DNA of 33,533 nt from a bacterium. Lineage in GTDB: Bacteria > CALINM01. Under the pieces are notes generated by a model. The model saw only the letters and a list, made by a program, of their open reading frames with translations, made no database searches and was not told the DNA's origin. The DNA lies in assembly GCA_041640455.1 (NCBI GenBank), contig JBEQAF010000014.1:1-33533 (forward strand), given 5' to 3'. Position numbers and translations under genes: made by a program. This document shows, in pieces, positions 20,384-31,596 of the stretch. Every line of letters begins with the position of its first letter. Position 1 is the stretch's first letter.

Positions 20384-21253
20384 CTGCAGATATCATTCAT
20401 AGGAGCAGGAAGAGTAGGAACATCTATTGCATATCTGCTCAAGAAAAAAGGCTATACAATCAAAGGCATTTCAAGTAGATCGATCTCCTCTGCCCAGAAA
20501 GCATCAGACTTTCTTGGTGGAGTAACCTATACAAATGATATCTATCTATTTGTTGAAGATTCAGATATTGTTTTTATTACTACAAATGATGATGCAGTAA
20601 AATCAGTCATAGAAGGAATACTGGAAAATTGCAAGATAAGAAAGGATCAAATATTCATCCACACCAGCGGGAGTATGAGTGCCAGAGTTTTTAAACCGCT
20701 GGAAAATCATGGAGCACTGGGGCTAAGCATCCACCCACTTCAGACCATTGCAACGCCAAGCGAAGGGATTAGAAACATATCAGGTAGCCTTTTTGCCATA
20801 GATGGTAATGAAAAAGCCTTTAATATAGCAGAAAAAATTGTTAATGATCTGGATGGAACTCCCTTCATCATAGACAGTGATAAAAAGCCGCTTTACCATC
20901 TTGCAGCAGTAATCGTTTGCAACTATTTTGTCACACTGATGGATGTGGGGACAAATCTGATGAAAGAAATAAATATAGACGAAAAAATGGCAACAGAAGG
21001 CTTAATAAAACTGGTAAAAGGCACGCTTAACAATATAGAGAGACTGGGTACGGTAGAAGCTCTCACAGGTCCCATATCAAGAGGTGATATAGATACAATA
21101 AAAGATCATATAACAGCTATTAAAAAATATAGCCCCAGCACCATGAATCTTTACAAAACACTCGGTAAATATACAACTGACCTTGCAATAAAAAAGGGTT
21201 CAATAGACAGGGACAGGGCAAGGAAGATATTTGATCAGCTTGAAAAACTTTAG
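20384..21253 (+). CDS. Rossmann-fold + DUF2520 oxidoreductase (PanG-like), 289 aa from a CTG start
   Basis: AAGGAGG-N5-CTG opens (M)QISFIGAGRVG...HTSGS, in frame with the track ORF (SIHPLQT, YHLAAVIVCN, ALTGPISRGD); no ATG/GTG/TTG between the upstream stop (20363) and the GxGxxG. Confidence 0.85.
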   Translation: MQISFIGAGRVGTSIAYLLKKKGYTIKGISSRSISSAQKASDFLGGVTYTNDIYLFVEDSDIVFITTNDDAVKSVIEGILENCKIRKDQIFIHTSGSMSARVFKPLENHGALGLSIHPLQTIATPSEGIRNISGSLFAIDGNEKAFNIAEKIVNDLDGTPFIIDSDKKPLYHLAAVIVCNYFVTLMDVGTNLMKEINIDEKMATEGLIKLVKGTLNNIERLGTVEALTGPISRGDIDTIKDHITAIKKYSPSTMNLYKTLGKYTTDLAIKKGSIDRDRARKIFDQLEKL

Positions 21254-21290
21254 CCAAATCACAAAATCTAAAATTAGAAAAATTTAAATC

Positions 21291-21319
21291 TTGACAGCTA
21301 TTATTGAAAATACTAAAAT
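21291..21319 (+). promoter_or_regulatory. Sigma70 promoter of the giant surface-protein gene
   Basis: TTGACA-N17-TAAAAT, 45 nt upstream of the GTG start. Confidence 0.75.
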
Positions 21320-21364
21320 TCAGAGAGGATTTATTGTATCTAAAACTCTCCTCAGGAGGTTTTT

Positions 21365-24300
21365 GTGAAAAAGACCTTATTTTATCTCATAGTTTCAGCA
21401 CTATTGGTAACTCTTCTCATAAGATGCGGTAGCAACAGGAGAACAGCGGATCCCAATGGCATACTCGATAGAGAGATTATTGGAGGAAAAATTAAGGTTG
21501 CCAAGTTAGAAGGTGGAGAGATACTGCTCAGCGGGAAAGGAATTAAAATGGGTCAGTACTCAACAATATTAAGAGGCGATCAGCAGAATCCCCATACTAT
21601 ATATCTGTCTGACAAAAAACTTTATTTTGTTGTCTGGGAAGACTACAGAAGTTCAGGGACAACCGGTTCGGACATTTATGGGCAGTTTGTAAATTCAGAT
21701 GGCACCATATGTGGAGAATCCTTTGCCATAACAAACGCTGCGGGAAATCAGACCGCTCCGAGGGCAGCCTATAGAGACAAAGATGTGCTTCAGAATCCCA
21801 CAGGCAGTGACAAAATAGTGGTTGTCTGGCAGGATGAAAGAGGCGGGGGCGATGCAGGGTACATTTTTTTTAGAGAAATTGATGTAAATGGATTAAATAC
21901 TACTTGTGGGGGCTATGTTTTTGGTACAGAAAAAACCACAAATTATAACGATGCAAAGATTTATAGAGATGGAGAAGCTATAGATTATGTGGGGCAGGGC
22001 GATGGCGTAACAAACAGTTTCAATGTAACATTGAGTTACAAGCCTATAGTTCCAGGCTCAGTAACAATCAGTGATGGAACTCAAACCATCACAGATAATG
22101 GCTTTGGAATTATTGGCAGTGGTACAATTAACTATACGACAGGTGTCATTACCGGTGCAGACTTTACCTCAGCTCCTTCAAGATATTCAAGAATCCTCGT
22201 AAGCTACAGAATTAACAGAAAAATATCAGGTACCTCAAAAACATTTAGTAATTTAAGTGGTATTACAACCCTTTCAGGAAGTGTTACAACTGGTGAAATC
22301 CCGGTAGTGCCTGGCAGCTTTACTTTATCTGGCGGTGGCAAATATGCCTATGATACGGGTGACGGAAAAATTGCTGGAGATGGTACTGGCACTATTAACT
22401 ACAGCTCAGGTAGCTTTTCTATTACCTTTCAGACCGCCTTTCCAGCGGGTGCAACTGCTACTATCAATTATAATTACTATGCTGATTCATCAAGGCAGAT
22501 AACCTTTACACAGTATGGCACAAGACTTAGCTCAAGACAGCTTCCCAAGATAAGCTTTGACCAGGTTAAAGACCAATTCCATATATACTGGATAGATGTG
22601 AGAGATAGATTAAATGTATCATCAGAGCTTGCTTTTGGACATACACCTGTTACATGGGTTTTTGGTGATAAACGTTCAGCTGCATATCTGGATATTGATG
22701 GAAATACTCTAAGTGAGCAGAAAAGCTGCCTGAATATAACAGGCGCAGATGTGTTGAGGAATAATCTGAACAGGCTAAACAGGCTAATTACAGCCTCCAA
22801 CACAGCTCTTACAGAAGAATATACCTATGAGTATTTCACAGATATTAATAATATTGATGTGGCATCTGATACCACATCACCTGAGACAATATCTACCTTT
22901 GAAGGTGTTCGTCACAAAGGAGTAATGGCAAACACGTGCAACGATTATGGAAATGACAATGTTTGTAATTTCTGGGACGCTGTAACATCAACTTTTTCTA
23001 CATCCAACTATGATGACGGTTTAAATCATATCTATGCAAATTATCGCCAGGATGTTTGTCTTAGCTCTATTCAGACAAAAAAGATTGATTTAAGTGGCGT
23101 TGCCTCTTACTATCCTGCCGTATCTTTTGATCCGCTCACAAAAAGATTTCTCATAGTATGGGAAGATATGCGAGAAGATGAAAATAACGAATCTGGCAAA
23201 ACCAAGATTTATGGACAGCTTATGTTTTCCGGTGGTGGTTTATATAAAAACAATTTCCTTATTAGCTATCAGGATACGGATGGCGATGGGAATCAGGATG
23301 ATAATGTTAAAAACAGCAATCAATCAAGGCCATATGTTACTTATGACAGTGTAAATCAGCGATTTTTCGTAATATGGCAGGATGGCAGGAACGGGAACAT
23401 ATCTCAGGAAAATTTAGATATTTTCGGTCAGTATGTAGATCTTGAAGGATCTCTGAGGGGTAACAATTATGCTATTTCCACATCTGCAGGCAACCAGCTT
23501 TTACCTACAATTGCATATAGCAATGAATACAATCAGTTTCTGGCGGTCTGGAAGGATGCAAGAAACTATAATACATATGGATCTGACGTATATGGGCAGA
23601 GATTTAGTTTAGGTAATCCTGCACTATTTTTGTTAAAAACGGATAATACGCCCTTCTCCCCGCCATTACTTGACTTTGGTACGGTAACAAAAGGACAGTT
23701 TGCCACCCAGTCGTTTAAGATAAAAAATGTTGGAGACACAACCTTAAGAGTTGATTACGTTTCTCCTCCAACGTTTGGTAACTTTAGTGCCACTACCTTC
23801 CAGCATCAGTCATTACCTTCCCAGCTTGCAGCACAGAATGATGGTAGTTATTTAGATCTTGTTCCAGGAGCAGAAACCACTCTTACAGTTAAATTTGCAC
23901 CCAAACAGGAAGGGAGTTTTACCTCCTCATTTACGATAATTTCAGATGGGGGAAATGCTACGGTTAATCTGCAAGGAAGTGCTGTCAAGCCAGATATTTC
24001 TGTTGACAAAAATAATATAGATTTTGGTGATGTTAAGGTGGGGAACTCTAAAGTAATTTCCTTTAAAATTACCAATAGCGGTAACCAACCTTACAATATT
24101 ACAAATATTACGGGAGCTCAAGCGCCATACACTATATCAGGTACCACATCTGGGCTACTCAATCCTGGCACGTCCATTACAGTTCAAGTAACTTTCCAGC
24201 CCAATCAGGCGGGAAATTTTACCGCTCAGCTTGACATTCAGACTGACGTGGCAGGTTTATCTCAGACCATAAGCATTACTGGTAACGGAGTTGCTCCACT

Positions 24301-27300
24301 AATGTCTGTAAATACAACAGCCCTTGATTTTGGCACCCAGCTTATAACCGGTACCAAAGACTTAAACATAACAATCACAAACAACGGTAATTCTGATATT
24401 ACAAGCCTTTCATACACATTAAACGGTCCCGCTTTTAGTATTCCAGTAAGTGCAACAGCGCCTATATCACCTGGAGCAAGTAAAACAGTTACCGTAAGAT
24501 TTTCTCCGAGCGACATGTTAACGTATACAGGTTCTTTAACGATCCAGAGCGATGGTGGAACACAGACAATTACATTAACCGGTCAGGGTGCCACACCAAA
24601 GATACAGATGATACCAGACCCTTCAGCCCTTGATTTTGGGACTATTGCTACAAACTCGACAAAGACAATGGCACTTACCATTAAAAACTCTGGTAACTCA
24701 ATATTAACAGTAACTGGTATAACAAATCCTTCAGCCCCGTTTAGCTATGTGTTCCCGCCTATATTTCCAATATCGCTTCTGCCTGGTAGTACCTATACTG
24801 TAACTCTTAAGTTTGCTCCGACCGCTGATGGTACCTATTCAAATAGTCTGACTGTTAATTCAGACGCATCCAATGGTAATCCTATAGTTCAGCTACAGGG
24901 TATTGCCGCCACGCCTACGGTGACAGTTCCAGGTAGTGTTACGTTTAGCAGCATAGGAGCAGGTTCAACAGAAACAAAAAGTTTCGTGATTCAGAATAGC
25001 GGTCAGATAGATGTAAAGATACTTAATTTTGATATACCTCAGGCACCTTTTACCATCCTTAATCTACCTCAAACACCGCTGACGCTACCGGCTGGAAACT
25101 CTCTTGTATTACAGGTAAGGTTTGCACCATCTCAGGCAGGTAACTTTTCCTCTGATTTAAAAATACTATTTGAACACAATTTAACTCAAACATCAAACGT
25201 GAACTTTTCTGGCACAGCCACATCTCAGGGAACTGTTTCAGGAGGGAATATAATTCTTACTCCTACACAGCTTGACTGGGGAGTGATTACGACCGGCGAT
25301 TCTATAACAAAAACTGTTGTTGTTCAAAATACAGGTAATCAGTCATTTGATATAACTGGTATATCAACGCCATCCAATTCGGCATATAGTATTAATTATA
25401 TAGGCAAACCAGCAAGCGGAGCAAATCCAATAACCATATTACCAGGCGCTTCATTTAACATTCTTGTAACTTTTAATCCCACTATCGAGGGCAACTATAC
25501 AAGCAACTTTACAATTACAACTAATGCAATCAACGGTAATCAGACTGTAAATTTAACAGGTAGTGCATCAGGAAATGAATTCTCTTTTTCAGCAAATAGA
25601 TACATAAACTTAGGTAAGGTCGAGGTGGGTAGCGCAACAACTTACCTCTATGTAATTGAAAATACAGGGCTTAAGGATATTAATCTTGAAAGGGCAGATT
25701 ATAATGAACAAGGTCCCCTTAAGCTTGACGAAGACCCAGACTCAACATCCATTACATTTGCGCCCAGCAAAGTTATCAAGCCGGGTGAGAAACTGCTAGT
25801 TTATATATACTTCAAACCTACTGAAGTAGGGCTTTTCAATACAACAATTAGATTTATTTTCAATCATCTTTCAGCACCATATTCGGTAGATTTTACTGCA
25901 GAAGCTTTAGAAAAAGGGATAGGTGCTACAGAAGGATTAATTGAGGTTACACCTTCTCAGGTAGATTTTGGTACTGTTGGAACTAATAGTAACAACACCT
26001 TTACTGTAATTGTAAAAAATATGGGCAGTAAGCCCTTAACTATTGATTCGATTACAAATCTAAATGCACCATTTTCTCTTGTATATCCCACAGGTGGTAC
26101 GATGACACTACTTTCAGGATCTACATTCCCGTTGATAGTTAAGTTTGATCCTACTGCAGAAGGTAGCTATACTGGAAGTTTTACAATTAATAGCAGCGAT
26201 GCTATCAATACTTCTGTGACTGTACCTGTAAGAGGTGTTGCAAAAGCACCAGTGCTTACAGTCTATCCCAACAGCATTGACTTTGGTAATGTGAGAATCA
26301 ATACTGAAAAAGTTTTGCCATTAAAACTTACAAACACATCAAGCACAAGCTACAAAATTACAAATATTTCTGTGCCAGAAGGATTTACAGTCACACCAGT
26401 TGATGGTACGACCTTACCAAAGACGCTTCTGCCTGGGGAAGAGATAAATTACAATGTTAGCTTCTCACCGGTTAATACTGGCACTATTACAGGGAATATT
26501 ATTATTACAACAGATTCTCAGATAATACCTACTGTTAATATTCCAGTTACTGGAAAAGGAACGTTGGGACCGACCCTTGCCATGTGGGATAAATTTGAGA
26601 TGGGAGATATTCAGGCAAAACCTGCTACCCCAGCCTCAAAGATAGTTAAAATATACAATTTAGGTGATGAAGCCCTTGAAGTTACAAGAATTTTCTTTAA
26701 CACGCTGAAATATACCGGTGATGAGGTAGGAGATGCGGAGAACTCCTTTGGTATAGATTTAGGTACACTTACATTGCCATTTACTATACCGGCTAATAGC
26801 AATGTTGAAATCACGGTTAATTTTATGCCCCAGGCAAGAGGAAGCTATGAAGCTGAACTTTTAGTGCTTTCCAGCGCTGGAGAAAAAAAGGCAACTGTAA
26901 CCGGCAAAGGAGCAGGAGGCAGGGCGGAGTATAGTGTAACGAGTGTAGACTTTGGTAGAGTTGGGGTAGGCTTAACGTGGGCAAGGACGATAACGGTGAA
27001 GAATGTGGGCAACAGTGTACTAACCATAACTGGAGTGGATACTGCAGACAATTTACATGGTGGTCCATTTGTCTTGAGTATCAAGGGTGTGACATCCATT
27101 CAGTTAGTGCCGAATGCTACGCAGGACATAATAGTTAGCTATACGCCTACAGGGGTTGGAGTATACACTAATACATTTACCATTAACACAGATGATCCAG
27201 TAACACCCAATATGAGCATATCATTGAGGGGAGAGGCGGCGGGTACTAGTATAGCGGTGAAAAATACATCAGGCGCATCCATTACATCGATTAACTTTGG

Positions 27301-28585
27301 TGATGTAGCTGTTAAATCAACGGCGGAGGTATCGATAAGCATAGAGAATACGGGGAGTGTGCCATACGAGCTAACAGGTATATCTTCGACCAATCAGGAG
27401 ATAAAATTTAGTTTTGGTAGCTTTAGTCCTGTCAATCTAAATCCTGGGGACAGATACACATTTACCATAAGCGTAACGTCGGATACGAGGAAGGTGATAG
27501 ACGGGTCGCTAACGATAACGACGACCTATCCGTCGCTAAACAAGACACTGACGATAAGTGGTAGATTTATTGCGCCGGTATTGAGGACAGATCAGGATGC
27601 GATAGATTTTGGCAGTGTGGTAGTTGGACAGGATAGTACAAAGACGCTGACGATCTACAATGATGGGGATGCGTTGATGACGATAATAAAGCCGGTTTCA
27701 TTTCCAGCGGGGTTTAGTTTAGATAGTTTAAGTGCGACTACTGTAGCTGCTGGAGGTAGTGCTACATTGACGTTTAAATTTAGTCCGTCGAATATAAATC
27801 AGTATACAGGTAGCATTGAGATAGATACCGATGGTGGGAAGAAGGTTATAAGTTTGAGAGGCGAGGGAGCCGAGACATTCTCTGTCACACCCACCAGTGT
27901 AAATTTTGGAGACGTAATTGTAAATACTGAATCTGCTAAACAAAGCGTTGTGATTTCTAACACAGGAAAAACTCGACTTACTATTACAAGCATATCATCT
28001 CCCACTAACCCCGTATTCATAATTCGCAACGCACCAACTGCCAACTTTGCGCTTGAAGTCGGCGGAAGCTATACACTGGATATAATTTATAAGCCTATTG
28101 TTACGGGTAGCAATTCGGATCAATTTTGGATTTATACAGATGTTGGTACTAAATTTGTATCACTACAGGGCTATGCAATAGAGGCTACTACTGGAAGTGG
28201 CAATACCGGAGGTACAACGGGTGGTACTACAGGTGGTACTACTGGCGGGACAACAACAGGTGGCACTACAGTTAACGTGGAGCCTGCCAAAAGCGCCTGT
28301 TTTATTGCTACTGCCGCTTATGGTAGCTATCTGGATCCTCATGTTGTAGTTTTGAGAGAGTTTAGAGATAAATATCTGCTCACCACTATAATTGGCCGCG
28401 CGTTTGTTGAGTTTTACTACAAAAACTCACCACCCATTGCAGACTTTATAAGAGAACATGAAGGGCTCAAAGTTTTTGTTAGGATTCTTCTGACACCTTT
28501 AGTCTACACCATAAAGTATGCAGATAAAACTTTTGGGTTGATGTTAATTTTTGGATTATTTATAATTTTGCGTCGAAGAAAATAG
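21365..28585 (+). CDS. Giant cell-surface protein: signal/lipoprotein-like N-terminus, repeat head domain, 14 choice-of-anchor D (ASH/HYDIN-type Ig-like) domains, Gly/Thr linker, CFI-box-CTERM tail
   Basis: Repeated F.VW.D.R...IYGQ head motifs; 14 units of about 100 aa with DFG.V......I.N.G...F.P...G....[12 protein letters not shown]...LREFRD..L...G..FV.FYY..SPP.A; terminal TM followed by RRRK. Confidence 0.88.
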   Translation: MKKTLFYLIVSALLVTLLIRCGSNRRTADPNGILDREIIGGKIKVAKLEGGEILLSGKGIKMGQYSTILRGDQQNPHTIYLSDKKLYFVVWEDYRSSGTTGSDIYGQFVNSDGTICGESFAITNAAGNQTAPRAAYRDKDVLQNPTGSDKIVVVWQDERGGGDAGYIFFREIDVNGLNTTCGGYVFGTEKTTNYNDAKIYRDGEAIDYVGQGDGVTNSFNVTLSYKPIVPGSVTISDGTQTITDNGFGIIGSGTINYTTGVITGADFTSAPSRYSRILVSYRINRKISGTSKTFSNLSGITTLSGSVTTGEIPVVPGSFTLSGGGKYAYDTGDGKIAGDGTGTINYSSGSFSITFQTAFPAGATATINYNYYADSSRQITFTQYGTRLSSRQLPKISFDQVKDQFHIYWIDVRDRLNVSSELAFGHTPVTWVFGDKRSAAYLDIDGNTLSEQKSCLNITGADVLRNNLNRLNRLITASNTALTEEYTYEYFTDINNIDVASDTTSPETISTFEGVRHKGVMANTCNDYGNDNVCNFWDAVTSTFSTSNYDDGLNHIYANYRQDVCLSSIQTKKIDLSGVASYYPAVSFDPLTKRFLIVWEDMREDENNESGKTKIYGQLMFSGGGLYKNNFLISYQDTDGDGNQDDNVKNSNQSRPYVTYDSVNQRFFVIWQDGRNGNISQENLDIFGQYVDLEGSLRGNNYAISTSAGNQLLPTIAYSNEYNQFLAVWKDARNYNTYGSDVYGQRFSLGNPALFLLKTDNTPFSPPLLDFGTVTKGQFATQSFKIKNVGDTTLRVDYVSPPTFGNFSATTFQHQSLPSQLAAQNDGSYLDLVPGAETTLTVKFAPKQEGSFTSSFTIISDGGNATVNLQGSAVKPDISVDKNNIDFGDVKVGNSKVISFKITNSGNQPYNITNITGAQAPYTISGTTSGLLNPGTSITVQVTFQPNQAGNFTAQLDIQTDVAGLSQTISITGNGVAPLMSVNTTALDFGTQLITGTKDLNITITNNGNSDITSLSYTLNGPAFSIPVSATAPISPGASKTVTVRFSPSDMLTYTGSLTIQSDGGTQTITLTGQGATPKIQMIPDPSALDFGTIATNSTKTMALTIKNSGNSILTVTGITNPSAPFSYVFPPIFPISLLPGSTYTVTLKFAPTADGTYSNSLTVNSDASNGNPIVQLQGIAATPTVTVPGSVTFSSIGAGSTETKSFVIQNSGQIDVKILNFDIPQAPFTILNLPQTPLTLPAGNSLVLQVRFAPSQAGNFSSDLKILFEHNLTQTSNVNFSGTATSQGTVSGGNIILTPTQLDWGVITTGDSITKTVVVQNTGNQSFDITGISTPSNSAYSINYIGKPASGANPITILPGASFNILVTFNPTIEGNYTSNFTITTNAINGNQTVNLTGSASGNEFSFSANRYINLGKVEVGSATTYLYVIENTGLKDINLERADYNEQGPLKLDEDPDSTSITFAPSKVIKPGEKLLVYIYFKPTEVGLFNTTIRFIFNHLSAPYSVDFTAEALEKGIGATEGLIEVTPSQVDFGTVGTNSNNTFTVIVKNMGSKPLTIDSITNLNAPFSLVYPTGGTMTLLSGSTFPLIVKFDPTAEGSYTGSFTINSSDAINTSVTVPVRGVAKAPVLTVYPNSIDFGNVRINTEKVLPLKLTNTSSTSYKITNISVPEGFTVTPVDGTTLPKTLLPGEEINYNVSFSPVNTGTITGNIIITTDSQIIPTVNIPVTGKGTLGPTLAMWDKFEMGDIQAKPATPASKIVKIYNLGDEALEVTRIFFNTLKYTGDEVGDAENSFGIDLGTLTLPFTIPANSNVEITVNFMPQARGSYEAELLVLSSAGEKKATVTGKGAGGRAEYSVTSVDFGRVGVGLTWARTITVKNVGNSVLTITGVDTADNLHGGPFVLSIKGVTSIQLVPNATQDIIVSYTPTGVGVYTNTFTINTDDPVTPNMSISLRGEAAGTSIAVKNTSGASITSINFGDVAVKSTAEVSISIENTGSVPYELTGISSTNQEIKFSFGSFSPVNLNPGDRYTFTISVTSDTRKVIDGSLTITTTYPSLNKTLTISGRFIAPVLRTDQDAIDFGSVVVGQDSTKTLTIYNDGDALMTIIKPVSFPAGFSLDSLSATTVAAGGSATLTFKFSPSNINQYTGSIEIDTDGGKKVISLRGEGAETFSVTPTSVNFGDVIVNTESAKQSVVISNTGKTRLTITSISSPTNPVFIIRNAPTANFALEVGGSYTLDIIYKPIVTGSNSDQFWIYTDVGTKFVSLQGYAIEATTGSGNTGGTTGGTTGGTTGGTTTGGTTVNVEPAKSACFIATAAYGSYLDPHVVVLREFRDKYLLTTIIGRAFVEFYYKNSPPIADFIREHEGLKVFVRILLTPLVYTIKYADKTFGLMLIFGLFIILRRRK
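28208..28270 (+). repeat. Degenerate 12-nt repeats encoding a (GGTT)x5 linker
   Basis: ggaggtacaacg ggtggtactaca ggtggtactact ggcgggacaacaaca ggtggcactaca. Confidence 0.8.
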
Positions 28586-28609
28586 CTAACAAGTCTTAAT
28601 TTAGCTCAC

Positions 28610-28641
28610 AGGTGACAGGCACAAGGTCTGTCACCTTTTTT
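28610..28641 (+). terminator. Intrinsic terminator after the giant gene
   Basis: AGGTGACAG-N9-CTGTCACCT followed by a T run. Confidence 0.8.
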
Positions 28642-28665
28642 ATGACCAAAAATTACGGAGGATAT

Positions 28666-29037
28666 ATGAAAATCAGGCATCTTGCATTTGTTATTCTAAT
28701 GGTTTTAATTGTTGCGTGCAGCAAAACACCATCAAAAGAGGAGGCAAAAAGCTCTATAAAACAGATCCTCCCCGTCGAGTTTGAGGTAGTTGAAGTACGA
28801 AAACTGAACGAGGTTCCGGGGCTTATTGAGGTAGTTCTTAAACTGGATAGACAACATATAGTTTTTTATATGGATAGCAAGGCTAAATACATAGTTTCAG
28901 GAAGCATTGTGGAAACAGCAACAAAGAAAAATCTTACCCTTGAAAGGCAGAATGCCTTTAATCCACCCCAGCCAGCTCCAGCCGAACAGCCAGGAGATAA
29001 TAAAAAAGAAACACCAAAAAGCAACAAGAAAAAGTAG
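28666..29037 (+). CDS. Lipoprotein with only a DsbC N-terminal (dimerisation)-like domain
   Basis: GGAGG RBS then ATG 28666; lipobox IVAC; VPGLIEV..., FYMDSKAKYIVSGSIVE...KNLT; no CxxC thioredoxin domain. Confidence 0.75.
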   Translation: MKIRHLAFVILMVLIVACSKTPSKEEAKSSIKQILPVEFEVVEVRKLNEVPGLIEVVLKLDRQHIVFYMDSKAKYIVSGSIVETATKKNLTLERQNAFNPPQPAPAEQPGDNKKETPKSNKKK

Positions 29038-29052
29038 TTTTTTAAAAATTAT

Positions 29053-29087
29053 GCTATAGGGCTGACTTAATCTGTTAGCTCTGTAGC
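29053..29087 (+). terminator. 14-bp RNA hairpin (terminator or 3' stabiliser)
   Basis: GCTATAGGGCTGAC/GTTAGCTCTGTAGC with three G-U pairs; weak T tail. Confidence 0.5.
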
Positions 29088-29219
29088 TAATAGTTTCTGT
29101 TATCTTTTCAAAATATTAGCACCGTTATTTTTTCATTAAACCATAATGTCTTTTTTCCATCTTTTAATTTTCTTTCAAAGGTGTATAATTGAATTATATG
29201 ATGAGAGGGAGGTTTTTAA

Positions 29220-30533
29220 GTGAAAAGAGGCATTAAAATCGGGTTTGCGGTAGTTTTGATTATCTTTTCTGTTGGATATGGTGTTTTTGCATTTTCAAAG
29301 GTGTCAAATATCTTCCCAGAAGAAGATATGAAGTATTTCAAAATCTTTTCTCAAGCCTTTCAGATAGTTAAGGCAAATTATGTGGAACCTGAGGAATCTA
29401 CATCAAAGAAGTTGATTTACAATGCTATAAAAGGCATGCTTGAGAACCTCGATGCCCATTCGGGATTTATGGAGCCGGAAGCTACCAAAGAGATGGAGGT
29501 GGAGACAAAAGGGCAGTTTGGTGGCATTGGAATTGAGATTACAGTTAGAGACGGAGTGCTGACAGTAGTGGCACCTATTGATGATACACCGGCAGCGAGG
29601 GCAGGAATCCTTGCCAATGATCAGATTATTAAAATTGACGGGAAGCTCACCAAGGGAATGAATGTTCAGGATGCTGTTAAGCTTTTAAGAGGTGAACCAA
29701 AAACTTCGGTTACCATTCACATCATGAGAGAGGGGTTTAAGGAGCTTAAAGAGATTACTCTGATCCGGGATATTATAAAAATTAAAACAGTAAAATATCA
29801 ACCGCTGGAAAATAAGTTTGCCTATGTTAGGGTGACCCAGTTTCAGGAGCAGACTACCAACGATTTCAGAAAAGCTATGGAAGATCTTAAGAGCAAGATA
29901 GAGATAAAGGGGCTGATTCTTGATCTGAGGAATAATCCCGGCGGACTACTGGATCAGGCAGTTAAACTGGCTGACGAGTTTGTTAAAGAAGGGATAATTG
30001 TCTACACAAAGGATAGGGCAGGCAAGGGCGCCAAGTTTATGGCTACAAATAAGGAGAAAATTGGTGGCGACTATCCGATAATCTGTCTGGTAAATGGAGG
30101 TAGTGCAAGCGCTTCTGAGATCGTAGCTGGAGCCTTGCAGGATCACAAAATAGCAGTTATTCTTGGGACTCAGACCTTTGGAAAGGCTTCTGTACAAACC
30201 ATTTATCCGCTGGAAGATGGCTCATCATTAAGGCTTACAACTGCAAGGTATTACACACCCAGCGGAAAGCTTATTCAGGCAAAAGGTATTACGCCGGATA
30301 TTGAGTTTAAAGATGGTTCTATTCATATGATAAAGGAGAAAGATTTACCCAAACATCTGTCCGGAGCTGATAAAGAGGAGGATCAGAAAGATGTTAAGGA
30401 AGATAAAGATGTTAAAGATCAGAAAAAAGATCCCCATCCGATGAGAATACCAAAATCTCCAGAAGAAGATGAGATGGTAAAAAAGGCTGTGGAACTAATA
30501 AAAAGCTGGGATATCTTTAAGAATAGAAAGTAG
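29220..30533 (+). CDS. ctpA: S41 family carboxyl-terminal processing protease
   Basis: LDAHS, PDZ GGIGIEI, ILDLRNNPGGLL, SASASEIVAGALQD, TFGKASVQ, YYTPSG..IQ..GITPD; GTG start. Confidence 0.93.
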   Translation: MKRGIKIGFAVVLIIFSVGYGVFAFSKVSNIFPEEDMKYFKIFSQAFQIVKANYVEPEESTSKKLIYNAIKGMLENLDAHSGFMEPEATKEMEVETKGQFGGIGIEITVRDGVLTVVAPIDDTPAARAGILANDQIIKIDGKLTKGMNVQDAVKLLRGEPKTSVTIHIMREGFKELKEITLIRDIIKIKTVKYQPLENKFAYVRVTQFQEQTTNDFRKAMEDLKSKIEIKGLILDLRNNPGGLLDQAVKLADEFVKEGIIVYTKDRAGKGAKFMATNKEKIGGDYPIICLVNGGSASASEIVAGALQDHKIAVILGTQTFGKASVQTIYPLEDGSSLRLTTARYYTPSGKLIQAKGITPDIEFKDGSIHMIKEKDLPKHLSGADKEEDQKDVKEDKDVKDQKKDPHPMRIPKSPEEDEMVKKAVELIKSWDIFKNRK

Positions 30534-30535
30534 CT

Positions 30536-31582
30536 ATGAAAAGTAAAATAGTCTTTTTTATAGCCCTTGCCGTATTAGCGGCAGGGGTTTTTTATTACAG
30601 ATATGACAGAGAAAGCTCAAAACTATCTGAAATACCTTTTTTTAAAAAGGAATCAGAAAAAATTGAAGAGCCTCTTAAATCAATAGTTCTAAAAATATTG
30701 GCTCAATTTGAAAAGGAACAGATAGTCAGGGTCCAAAAGAATAAAGAAGAGATAATAATTGAAACTGAAAATAGTCAGATTGAAAAGCTACTAAACGAAA
30801 ATCCAATAGCTAAAGAAAATAATATTAAAGCTATCAGATCAAAGGAGATAGTGTTATTTCAAAAAGATAACGAGACACTATCAGTTAAGATTAATCTGCA
30901 ATCAAAAGGACTGCTAACTGAGAAACCAAAGCTTGCCATAGTTATTGATGATATCGGTTACTCAAAGGAGCTGGGAGAAGAGCTTTTTAAAATAAAGGGG
31001 CTTACCTACTCAATTTTGCCTGATCTCCCATATTCGAGATATTTTGCAGAGCTTGCAAATGAAAATAACAAAGAGATAATGCTACATATTCCGCTGGAGC
31101 CAAGGGATGCAGATAAATATGGCAAGTCAGAAAATTTAATCACCACAGCAATGTCTGATGCGGAGATTTCAAAAAAGATTGAGAAATTTATAAGTTCCGT
31201 TCCTAATATAAAGGGCGTCAATAACCATATGGGGTCTAAATTTACAGAGAACGAAATTAAAATGAGAGTATTGCTGGAAAAGATAAAGGGCAGAAATCTG
31301 TTTTTCCTTGATAGCAGAACTTCGGCTCAAAGTGTTGCCTATAATGTGGCAAAAGATATGGGGATAAAAAGTTATAAAAGAGATATTTTTCTTGACCATG
31401 AAGTGAATGAGGAAAAGATTAGGGAGCAGTTATTAAAAGCTCTGGATGATGCCATGAATAAAGGCTATGCAGTAGCCATAGGGCATCCCCATAAAGAGAC
31501 CATTAAGGTACTAAAGGAAATGCTTCCGGAAATAGAAAGTAAAGTAGAGCTGGTTACTTTAAGCAGTTTAAAAGTCAATTAA
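30536..31582 (+). CDS. Divergent polysaccharide deacetylase (YibQ/DUF610 family)
   Basis: LAIVIDDIG, MLHIPLEP, GVNNHMGS, FFLDSRT, RDIFLD, AIGHPH; usual neighbour of ctpA. Confidence 0.9.
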   Translation: MKSKIVFFIALAVLAAGVFYYRYDRESSKLSEIPFFKKESEKIEEPLKSIVLKILAQFEKEQIVRVQKNKEEIIIETENSQIEKLLNENPIAKENNIKAIRSKEIVLFQKDNETLSVKINLQSKGLLTEKPKLAIVIDDIGYSKELGEELFKIKGLTYSILPDLPYSRYFAELANENNKEIMLHIPLEPRDADKYGKSENLITTAMSDAEISKKIEKFISSVPNIKGVNNHMGSKFTENEIKMRVLLEKIKGRNLFFLDSRTSAQSVAYNVAKDMGIKSYKRDIFLDHEVNEEKIREQLLKALDDAMNKGYAVAIGHPHKETIKVLKEMLPEIESKVELVTLSSLKVN

Positions 31583-31596
31583 ACTGGGGAATAGCT

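Noticed and set aside
21980..22480. Prophage remnant
   Set aside because: The phage-like motif is an in-frame domain of a host gene; no integrase, terminase or att sites were seen
22477..28044. Many antisense ORFs within the giant gene, and similar short ORFs overlapping other genes
   Set aside because: Shadow frames of coding sequence with no RBS or recognisable motifs
28208..28270. Repeat as a CRISPR array or contingency locus
   Set aside because: In-frame, synonymously diverged linker with no spacers
28612..28665. GTG start called by the ORF track
   Set aside because: It lies inside the terminator hairpin; ATG 28666 has an RBS and a proper lipoprotein signal
29220..30533. CtpA as the dedicated CFI-box-CTERM processing enzyme
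   Set aside because: ctpA-yibQ is a widespread housekeeping pairing and is separated from the giant gene by hairpins; proximity alone is weak
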